From positions 1 to 30,112 of the forward strand of contig JANRLW010000010.1 of the NCBI GenBank assembly GCA_033762295.1: DNA of 30,112 nt, written 5' to 3'. This stretch comes from Capsulimonadales bacterium (GTDB lineage Bacteria; Armatimonadota; Armatimonadia; Armatimonadales; Armatimonadaceae). A model generated the notes under the pieces. That model saw only the letters and a list, made by a program, of their open reading frames with translations. It made no database searches and was not told the DNA's origin. The first letter of the stretch is position 1, and every line of letters begins with the position of its first letter. Shown one piece after another: positions 8,570 through 15,796 of the stretch. The position numbers were made by a program, and so were the translations under genes.

Positions 8570-8600
8570 GGTCGTCCCCCTCCGAAGAGGATCACCTCCT

Positions 8601-8609
8601 ATTGTAACA
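8601..8609 (-). promoter_or_regulatory. Extended -10 promoter (TGnTACAAT) for the HIT operon
   Basis: Minus strand TGTTACAAT at 8609-8601; no clear -35. Confidence 0.55.
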
Positions 8610-8684
8610 CGTCCGTCCGCCGTTTCCTTCGCCGTAACGGACGATCGCGCACCGGCACGTGACGGTACGTCCGGGGGAAAACGG

Positions 8685-9179
8685 CTATTTAACTTTGCCC
8701 GGTACCATCGGTTCGATTTTTTCCTCAATACCCTTGCGCAGTTCCATCAGGCGCACGGCATAGGCCTGCAGACTCCGATCCTCTTCGGTATTCGGTTCCC
8801 ATCCGTGAACAGGCACCGGGTTCCCCGTTTCATCCACCGCCACAAATACAATGACACAGTGGGTGGTCTGCCGGTATTCGCCGCTCCTCGGATCGGCGCT
8901 CGAAACGTTGACCGCAATATGCATACTGGTCCGACCGGTATAGATCAACTGCGCCCGGACCTCGACGATATGACCGATGTGGATCGGCTGAAAAAAACGA
9001 ATCCCGCCGACGTAGACCGTCACACAGTAACGCCCGCTCCAGAGGGAGGCACAGGCATACCCCGCCTGGTCGATCCACTTCATGACCGCGCCGCCATGGA
9101 CTTTACCGCCGAAATTGATATCGGTCGGCTCCGCCAGAAAGCGCATGACGACTTCGCGCCGTTCCGTTAATTCCGCCAT
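8685..9179 (-). CDS. Acyl-CoA thioesterase (hot-dog fold, YciA-like)
   Basis: PTDINFGGKVHGGAVMKWIDQAGY, VTVYVGGIRF..PI.IG, TGRTSM, FVAVDETG.P. SD GGAGG. Confidence 0.93.
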   Translation of the reverse strand: MAELTERREVVMRFLAEPTDINFGGKVHGGAVMKWIDQAGYACASLWSGRYCVTVYVGGIRFFQPIHIGHIVEVRAQLIYTGRTSMHIAVNVSSADPRSGEYRQTTHCVIVFVAVDETGNPVPVHGWEPNTEEDRSLQAYAVRLMELRKGIEEKIEPMVPGKVK

Positions 9180-9190
9180 CGATCCTCCGT

Positions 9191-10513
9191 TTATATCAAT
9201 GACCGAGCCTTAACCTCCAGATACCGGGCGACAAGATCGCCCGAGAGGCTCTCCGGCTCCGCATCCACCACCAGAACTCCACGCTTTCGGAGGAGTTGGA
9301 GGGCACGTTCCCGGTCGGCAAGGACCTCTGACGCGACCGCCTTCTCATAAACCTGAGAAACCGCACCCGGTCGCTGTTTCGCCCGCTGCGACATAAGCGG
9401 GTCAGCGACCGTCACACAGACCACCGGGTGCATCGAAGCCAGTTGCGTAATCTCCGTCAGCAACATCGCCGAGGATTCCGGGTCCGCCAGGTCCGTAAAC
9501 AGAACCGCCAGACTGCGTTTACGCCACCGCGCGGACAGAAAGCGAAACGCCTGACGGTAATCCGATTCGACCGGCATCGCCTGGGCCGCGTACAGAGCCT
9601 GGATGATTTCCTGTGCCGCCGCTCTCCCACGCCTCGGAGGCACCCAGGCTTTGGGTTCGTCGGCAAAGGTGAGAAGACCGATTCTGTCCTCCGCGCTCGC
9701 CACAACATGGGACAGCATCAACGCGGCATTTACCACATGGTCCAACTTCTGCGTTTGTGCGATCTCCTGACGCATCAGGCGTCCCAGATCGATCAGAAGC
9801 AGGATATCCTGCGATCGTTCCGCCTCGAAAGTTCGCGAGATTACCTTCCCACGCCGAGCCGTCGCCTTCCAATCAATCGTACGAAACTCATCGTCCGGCG
9901 TATACTCGCGCAATGCCGAAAATTCACGACCGCCGCCCGTGATCCGAACCCGGCGGACTCCCTGGCGTGTCAAATGGGACTTCCGCAACAGCAGTTCGTA
10001 TTCCCCCACCGCATGCAGGTTAGGATATACCGATACCCGCTGCGTCGCGGGTAATCTTCCCTGCCGGTAGATCAACTTCCAGGGCGACAGAAGACGGATA
10101 TGAACATCCCCGAACGAAAAGTCTCCCCGTGACCGCGGACGAAGGACGTAGCGAAGGTCGATCCGCTGAAACGGGGAAAGCCGTACCGTCCACTGGCGAG
10201 GCGTCTCCTCATTCAACGCGAAGACCGGCGGCGGTTCATCCCGAACGATCAAGGTTTGCTGGCGATCCGTTTGATTCCGTAGACGCAAAGTCACTGCGTT
10301 GTCCGTCGCGACGGACAGAGCATCCTCGGTGATTCGCTCGGCGGAAAACGCCGAATCCGGACTCGGGCAGTTCAGGTAATCCGGAATCAACGCTGACAGT
10401 AATATCAGGTTCCAGATCAGGCCGACGACCGCAAACAGGGGAATCCACGCACTGACGACCATGAACGCCGCCGAAATCGCAAAGAGGATCAGGAAACGAT
10501 TTGTGAATACCAT
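9191..10513 (-). CDS. DUF58 domain (vWA-like) membrane-anchored protein
   Basis: Two N-terminal TM helices, RG.F.FG, VYPNL, GGGREFSALREYTPDDEFRTIDWKATARRG, LLIDLGRLM, DRIGLLTF, VLFTDL. Confidence 0.92.
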   Translation of the reverse strand: MVFTNRFLILFAISAAFMVVSAWIPLFAVVGLIWNLILLSALIPDYLNCPSPDSAFSAERITEDALSVATDNAVTLRLRNQTDRQQTLIVRDEPPPVFALNEETPRQWTVRLSPFQRIDLRYVLRPRSRGDFSFGDVHIRLLSPWKLIYRQGRLPATQRVSVYPNLHAVGEYELLLRKSHLTRQGVRRVRITGGGREFSALREYTPDDEFRTIDWKATARRGKVISRTFEAERSQDILLLIDLGRLMRQEIAQTQKLDHVVNAALMLSHVVASAEDRIGLLTFADEPKAWVPPRRGRAAAQEIIQALYAAQAMPVESDYRQAFRFLSARWRKRSLAVLFTDLADPESSAMLLTEITQLASMHPVVCVTVADPLMSQRAKQRPGAVSQVYEKAVASEVLADRERALQLLRKRGVLVVDAEPESLSGDLVARYLEVKARSLI

Positions 10514-10516
10514 GCC

Positions 10517-11362
10517 TTACTCCCCAGGGATCAGGAACGTCAGGCCGTCGTAGGCGAGTTCCATGCCGGCGGGCAGGTTCCTCATCGTCGTCTCATAGTC
10601 AAAATGGTGCGAAAGGTGGTTGAAATAGGCACGCTCCGCACGAACGGCGGTCACGATGTCCATCGCCTGCTGCAGACCGAAATGGGTGGGATGCGGATCG
10701 GGTCGGACCGCGTCCAGAATCAACGTATCCAGGTCCGAAAGGTTCCCCATCGTCTCCTCCGGAATCGCCGAGACATCCGTCACATAGGCAAAGCGTGCGC
10801 CGAATTTGTAGGCCGTCACAGGTACCGTGCCGTGCCAGACCGACAGAGGCCGTATCGAAACCCCGCCGATCTCGAACGACTCCCCCGGTGTTATCTCGAT
10901 CAGGTCCAGTTGAGGCTTTCCGCCCCCTTCCTGTGTCTGTGTAAAACAATAAGCGAAAACCGTTCGAAGATGGTTCAGAACGTCAGGTGTTCCATAAACC
11001 GGAATCCGTGACCGGTTGACAAAATTAAACTGTCGTAGGTCATCCATTCCAAAGATATGGTCGGCGTGGGCGTGGGTGATGAGAACGGCGTCCACACGGT
11101 CGATACTCGCTCGAAGGGCCTGAGTCCGTAAATCCGGCGAGGTATCGACCAGAATATTCGTTGACGTTCCGTCCCGGCGCAGGGACCGTACCAGAATGGA
11201 AGGACGCAATCGTTTATTGAACGGGTCGGACGATCGGCAAACGGAACAGTCGCACCCGATTACCGGCACTCCCGTCGACGTCCCCGCCCCGAGTACCGTT
11301 ACCTCCAGCGCATCGGGCGACAACGGGGTTCGCGAGTGATAATGAGCGTTCGCCGATGGCAT
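10517..11362 (-). CDS. MBL-fold metallo-hydrolase (PhnP/LipB-like phosphodiesterase)
   Basis: LGAGTSTGVPVIGCDCSVC.S....NKRLRPS, VDTSPDLRTQ, THAHADHIFGMDDLR, YVTD, HPTHF, HLSH, LAYDGL. Start ATG 11362. Confidence 0.93.
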   Translation of the reverse strand: MPSANAHYHSRTPLSPDALEVTVLGAGTSTGVPVIGCDCSVCRSSDPFNKRLRPSILVRSLRRDGTSTNILVDTSPDLRTQALRASIDRVDAVLITHAHADHIFGMDDLRQFNFVNRSRIPVYGTPDVLNHLRTVFAYCFTQTQEGGGKPQLDLIEITPGESFEIGGVSIRPLSVWHGTVPVTAYKFGARFAYVTDVSAIPEETMGNLSDLDTLILDAVRPDPHPTHFGLQQAMDIVTAVRAERAYFNHLSHHFDYETTMRNLPAGMELAYDGLTFLIPGE

Positions 11363-11368
11363 ATCGAA

Positions 11369-11398
11369 ATTATAGGCGTTCCCCGCGAACCCTGTCAA
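11369..11398 (-). promoter_or_regulatory. Consensus sigma70 promoter giving a probable leaderless transcript
   Basis: TTGACA (11398-11393), 18 nt, TATAAT (11374-11369), then 6 nt and the ATG at 11362. Confidence 0.8.
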
Positions 11399-11413
11399 AG
11401 CGATTTTCCCCGA

Positions 11414-12616
11414 TCATTCCTGCGGTATCGCGAACAATGCGACATTTCCCTTTTTATTATCCCAGCGGATCGCGAGGCGGCCTTCCATCGCCGCCCGAAG
11501 GTCATTGCCCAGAATGGCGCCTCGCCATCCGGAAAACAATTCCGTCGGCCATTTCCCCTCGCATTTTCGGTTCGCCGCCAGAAACCGGAGATCATCACCG
11601 GACGCCAGCAGAGAAGGAGGAAGATTCTCCTGCACCGCTTTGACGCGGACGACCGCAGACAGCAGTTCGACAAGGACCGCGCCAGCCTCGTCCAAACCAA
11701 GCGGTGCGTCCGGTTGGGGGCGCAATTCAGGCGGTAACGCAAGCCCGCGCAGGACGCAGCCGACCAGCGCTTCCGCCGCCTTTTCCCCCAGATTCTGCGG
11801 CGCGGATCGCAGAGCCAGAACCTCGGAGGCCGTTTGCGGGACCCGGCGGGCGACCTCAATCAGAAAATCGTCCTTGACCACGCTTCGGCGCGGCTTGTCC
11901 CGCCGACGGGCTTCCAGGTCGCGCCAGATCGCCAACTCCCGGAGAACCGCCAGACCCCGCCCGTCCAGAACGTTCTTTCCGCCGACGCGTTCGTATAACG
12001 TTTCCTGCGCCGGCGTTTCGGCGGCTTGCGTTACCATTCGCTGCATCAGTTCGGCAGCCCATTCCGTACGTCCCCGTCTGTCCAGAAGCGAGGCGAGTTT
12101 CGTCTGCAAGGCATGAAGATAGCGAACATCGTTCTCGGCATAATCCCGCATCGCAGGCGTCAACGGGCGACGAGACCAGTCGGCAAAGCCCTCGTCCTTC
12201 GAGAGTTTCACCCCGAGTACCGATTGCACCAGAGGACCATACCCGGTCTGAAGACTGTACCCGGCGAAGGCGGCGGCAATCTGTGTGTCATAGACATTTT
12301 GCGGAGGCTGGCCGAGCCGGTGTGCGAGGATTTCCATATCCTGTCCGCCCGCGTGAACGATCTTGACGACGGACGGATCGCGAAGGATGTCCCCAAGTGG
12401 CCCCAGATCGAACCGGTCCACCGCCGGAACGTCGATCAAGGCGATAAGACGTCCGCCGTCCGCTGAAACCTGAATAATCTCCAGGACCGGATGATACGTA
12501 CGTTCTCGAATAAACTCGGTATCGAGGGCGAGACGGCTGTCATTCGCCAGTGCATTCCGAAACTCCAGGCAGACGGACTCAAGGGAGGAGCGGTCTGAAA
12601 CGTAACGGGCTGAAAT
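11414..12616 (-). CDS. rnd: Ribonuclease D (DEDDy exonuclease plus HRDC), probable ATT start
   Basis: The frame is open upstream of the ORF-track TTG (12439) and encodes ISARYVSDRSSLESVC...LALDTEFIRERTYHPVLEIIQV (ExoI). Downstream are KIVHAGGQDMEI, YDTQIAA, DWSRRPLT...YAENDV and the HRDC motif WRD..AR..DKP. SD GAGGA lies 7 nt before ATT 12616. Confidence 0.93.
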   Translation of the reverse strand: MSARYVSDRSSLESVCLEFRNALANDSRLALDTEFIRERTYHPVLEIIQVSADGGRLIALIDVPAVDRFDLGPLGDILRDPSVVKIVHAGGQDMEILAHRLGQPPQNVYDTQIAAAFAGYSLQTGYGPLVQSVLGVKLSKDEGFADWSRRPLTPAMRDYAENDVRYLHALQTKLASLLDRRGRTEWAAELMQRMVTQAAETPAQETLYERVGGKNVLDGRGLAVLRELAIWRDLEARRRDKPRRSVVKDDFLIEVARRVPQTASEVLALRSAPQNLGEKAAEALVGCVLRGLALPPELRPQPDAPLGLDEAGAVLVELLSAVVRVKAVQENLPPSLLASGDDLRFLAANRKCEGKWPTELFSGWRGAILGNDLRAAMEGRLAIRWDNKKGNVALFAIPQE

Positions 12617-12638
12617 CTTCGTATCCTCTGAATGCGAA

Positions 12639-12678
12639 ATAGCCTGCGGCGGACAATGCGGCAGGCTATCCTATTGTA
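12639..12678 (-). promoter_or_regulatory. -10 element (TACAAT) and 5'-leader hairpin of rnd
   Basis: TACAAT at 12678-12673, then a 9-bp inverted repeat ATAGCCTGC / GCAGGCTAT (12639-12669). Confidence 0.5.
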
Positions 12679-12735
12679 CCCGGGTTGTACCGTCGTTTCG
12701 TCCGTGCGGATACACGACTTAGTCGCCGATATTTC

Positions 12736-13038
12736 TCACGGGCACCGCTCAAAACCCTTTTCCGAATCCGGTTCACGAAGCCAGGGCGCCTCGTTTTCCA
12801 GTTCGCGAACGAGTGCCCGAAACCGCTCGCGCTTCGCGTCCCAGTTTTCCTCCGGAAAGGTCCAGCCCATCCCTTTCTCCCCGGCATAATCCCGAACGAA
12901 ATGGCCGGGATCCATCGTCAAACTGCTCGCAATGGCCATTCCTGACGTGGAACTGCCAGGATTCCCGACGCAAAGCGCCGCCGCCGACACCAGGGAAAAC
13001 ATACCGATCAACACACCCATCTTCGAGGACGATTTCAT
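12736..13038 (-). CDS. Small hypothetical protein (100 aa) with signal peptide or N-terminal TM helix
   Basis: MKSSSKMGVLIGMFSLVSAAALCVG...; purine-rich SD-like GGAAAGGAAGGG upstream; co-oriented with neighbours. No recognisable domain. Confidence 0.55.
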   Translation of the reverse strand: MKSSSKMGVLIGMFSLVSAAALCVGNPGSSTSGMAIASSLTMDPGHFVRDYAGEKGMGWTFPEENWDAKRERFRALVRELENEAPWLREPDSEKGFERCP

Positions 13039-13233
13039 CGCCGTTGTCCCTTCCTTTCCGAACCCAGACATCCGACGCCGGGTTACTCCCGGCTCCGATC
13101 GGTCGTTCGGTCGCCACGACGGAAGTGAAAACGGATAGTTCGTACACGGTTCCTTCCGCCGGAACGCCGATACACCTTCGGATAGGAAAATGATCGGATG
13201 AAACGGTAGAAGAAAGGAGGGTTAATTTGTTCA

Positions 13234-13259
13234 CCTTTGGCGAAGGTACCGGCCAAAGG
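13234..13259 (-). terminator. Hairpin downstream of the LacI gene
   Basis: CCTTTGGC (13234-13241) / GCCAAAGG (13252-13259), 5 nt after the stop codon. No U-tract. Confidence 0.4.
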
Positions 13260-13264
13260 ACAGA

Positions 13265-14314
13265 TTAAAGAAGACGGTCCGGCCTCCGGGTGCCGCAGGA
13301 GGCGCGAATCACCAGTTCGGTCGGAAGAATACGATGTTCATAGGGATTGACGTCCCCCGCAATCCGCTCCAGTAAACGTTTCGCCGCCTGTCGGCCGAGT
13401 TCACGCATTGGCAGGGTCATGGTCGTCAAGGGCGGTTGAAGGAAATCCGCTGTGAAGGTGCCACCGAAGGAAATCACCGCGATCGATTCGGGAACCGGAC
13501 GACCGGCGTCATGCAGCGCCCGGAGTACTCCCATCGCCGTGTTGTCCGTCGCCGCCAGTACCGCCGACACCGCCTGACCGCGTTCCGTATTCAGCAATTC
13601 CTGCGCGGCCACCAAACCTTCCTGCGAACGTTCCGGGCACGGTTTCGTCTCGAACGGTATCGGAGTCAATCCCGCGTCCCCCAGTGCCCTATGGTAGCCA
13701 TCCAGTCGTTCGCGTTGCGCCGTATTCATTCGATGGGGAGCATAAATATAAGCTATATGCCGATGTCCCAGCTGAATCAGGTGATTGGTCGCCTCAAAGG
13801 CGGCAGAAACGTTATCGGCGGAGATAATATCCGCCTCGATTCCCGGAACAAAGCGGTCAACAAAGACAAACGGAATCTGCCGTTCCCGAAGATCCTGATA
13901 GAGAGGCAGAATCCGTTCGCGTTCCTCGATCGAATCGCTGTCCGACGGGGCAATCAGGAATCCGTCCACCCTCTTGGCATTTAGCGAAGCGATTTGCACT
14001 TCCTCGCGACGCTCGACATCCGGCGCATAATCGAGAAGAAGGTGGTAATCATGAGCCGCCAGTACCGATTGCGCTCCGGCAAGAACCTCGCCCCAGAAAG
14101 TGGTCGCATACCCGACCACCGCGCCGATCGTAAACGACCGTCCCGAACGCAAACCTCGCGCCAGGAAATTCTTTTGATATCCCAACTCCTGTGCAATGTC
14201 GAGTATTCGCTGACGCGTTTCCGGGCGGATCCGGGGATCGTTATTCATCGCCAGCGAAACAGTCGACACATCGACACCCGCCTGTTTCGCCACATCCTTC
14301 ATTGTGGTCGCCAT
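13265..14314 (-). CDS. LacI-family transcriptional regulator
   Basis: TTMKDVAKQAGVDVSTVSLAMN...TRQRI...AQELGY..N..ARGLR (HTH and hinge), PFVFVDR, DN, HLIQLGHRHIA, PPLTT, PTELVIRASC. Confidence 0.96.
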   Translation of the reverse strand: MATTMKDVAKQAGVDVSTVSLAMNNDPRIRPETRQRILDIAQELGYQKNFLARGLRSGRSFTIGAVVGYATTFWGEVLAGAQSVLAAHDYHLLLDYAPDVERREEVQIASLNAKRVDGFLIAPSDSDSIEERERILPLYQDLRERQIPFVFVDRFVPGIEADIISADNVSAAFEATNHLIQLGHRHIAYIYAPHRMNTAQRERLDGYHRALGDAGLTPIPFETKPCPERSQEGLVAAQELLNTERGQAVSAVLAATDNTAMGVLRALHDAGRPVPESIAVISFGGTFTADFLQPPLTTMTLPMRELGRQAAKRLLERIAGDVNPYEHRILPTELVIRASCGTRRPDRLL

Positions 14315-14399
14315 GAACGAAAGTTCACTCCTGCCAAAAACGACTTCGTGAGTCACGAAAGCGCAAATTGCGGAGCTTGCCTTTCGAACTCTTTGTCCT

Positions 14400-14428
14400 A
14401 ATGTAATGCCAGTTTACCCCTACGTCAA
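14400..14428 (-). promoter_or_regulatory. sigma70 promoter of the LacI regulator
   Basis: TTGACG (14428-14423), 17 nt, TACATT (14405-14400). Confidence 0.7.
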
Positions 14429-14506
14429 GCCGTTCAATCGTTCACCGAAGCAAATTTCCAAACCGATCGCCGCCGACATGAGCCGTCAGGACCGGATTCC
14501 GTCCCC

Positions 14507-15724
14507 TCACTCCCCTTCGTCCCCTTGAAAGGCGTCGACCGACAGAGAAACGGCAGAGGGCGATTCCTGCTTCAAAAGCCGAATCTCGTCCCGGAAAACG
14601 GAAAACCCTTTGTCACCGTCGTGAAAGGCATCCTCAGGTTCGGTTGGATCATCCCAGACCATGGTCACTTCGGTTCCCGATGCGGCCCAACGATCCACAC
14701 AGAAATATCTCCAGGGAGGAGTCGAAAAGATCGGCTGAACCGCAAGTTTTCCCGCCTCTCTCCGGATTCCGAGGTGGTTCGCTAACAGTCGCTCCGCCCA
14801 GAGGCAAACCGGCCTTCCGTCCGCACCCGGCAATGAACCCAACCCGTCGACCGGCTCACCGACCGGGATAAATGGCCGATCGAAATGCCCTTCCACAAAC
14901 TGACTGCGGCAGTACTCCTCCCAGAGCGCCGAGATGGTGGCGTCGCTCTCGGCTCCCGGTTCCAATGCATCGATCCGCCGCGCCAGTTCCTCGCATCCGG
15001 AACGGTCGAGGTCGATCCCGTTACGCCGTACCAGTTGCCAGCGGTGGTACCATAATCGCTGAAACCACGGATCGGAACAGTCGAAATTCGGTACGAACGC
15101 ATCGAACCACCGCTGTGTCTCCTCCTGCTGCCGCCGTATCGGATCGCTGCCGTACCGCCGTTGCATCACCCTCTGCCGGGCCTCATCCTCCGTCCTTCCA
15201 AGGGCGATCGCGAAAATCAAGGTCCGCACCGTAAACGGATTCAGACGAAACCGCAGGTCGTCGCCGGGAGGCCCCTCGCGATACGTCACCCACGTCTCGC
15301 TGCCCGTTTCGATCCGCTCCCCGTTGGACAGGCCGAACCGGGCGTCAACTCGCACGGAAATCGGCAGATCACGTGCGTTGCGCAACGACAATACGCTTAC
15401 CGCGGTCCCGTCCTCCGCGATGAATTTGTCTTCCGTCACCTGCAAACCACTCACCGGATCGGCCGCATTCAGCGTCAGATGCGACGGGCGATCGATCCCG
15501 TCCGATGGCAGAACCGTCTCGCCATCCCCGAAAAGCCGTAACCGAAGCGGGCCGAGTTCCGTAGCGTAGACGTCCCCGACCGCAAAGAGACCGCCGGGAA
15601 ATCCCCAATCATCGATCGCTTCCGCCCGGAACGGCGGGCAGGAGGCCAGAAGCGGACCCCCCATTTGAAACGGACGACGCAAAAGATCGTCAACACGGTA
15701 ATGGCGAGGATCAAGTAGAGGCAT
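14507..15724 (-). CDS. Glycoside-hydrolase-related protein (MGH1/GH63-like flanks, catalytic barrel apparently missing)
   Basis: WFDAFVPNFDCSDPWFQRLWYHRW and LGIRREAGKLAVQPI...WRYFCVD......VTMVWD resemble the segments that flank the barrel in MGH1-like hydrolases. Start ATG 15724. Confidence 0.6.
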   Translation of the reverse strand: MPLLDPRHYRVDDLLRRPFQMGGPLLASCPPFRAEAIDDWGFPGGLFAVGDVYATELGPLRLRLFGDGETVLPSDGIDRPSHLTLNAADPVSGLQVTEDKFIAEDGTAVSVLSLRNARDLPISVRVDARFGLSNGERIETGSETWVTYREGPPGDDLRFRLNPFTVRTLIFAIALGRTEDEARQRVMQRRYGSDPIRRQQEETQRWFDAFVPNFDCSDPWFQRLWYHRWQLVRRNGIDLDRSGCEELARRIDALEPGAESDATISALWEEYCRSQFVEGHFDRPFIPVGEPVDGLGSLPGADGRPVCLWAERLLANHLGIRREAGKLAVQPIFSTPPWRYFCVDRWAASGTEVTMVWDDPTEPEDAFHDGDKGFSVFRDEIRLLKQESPSAVSLSVDAFQGDEGE

Positions 15725-15763
15725 GGGAGGCAAAATCTCCACCCGGAGAACGAGGATGCCGGT

Positions 15764-15792
15764 AGTGTAGCATGCCGAACCCGACAAGTCAA
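15764..15792 (-). promoter_or_regulatory. sigma70 promoter with extended -10 for the GH-like gene
   Basis: TTGACT (15792-15787), 17 nt ending in TGC, TACACT (15769-15764). Confidence 0.7.
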
Positions 15793-15796
15793 TCCG

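Noticed and set aside
8589..8600. 16S rRNA gene fragment
   Set aside because: Only 12 nt match and the flanks are not rRNA-like; treated as an extended SD.
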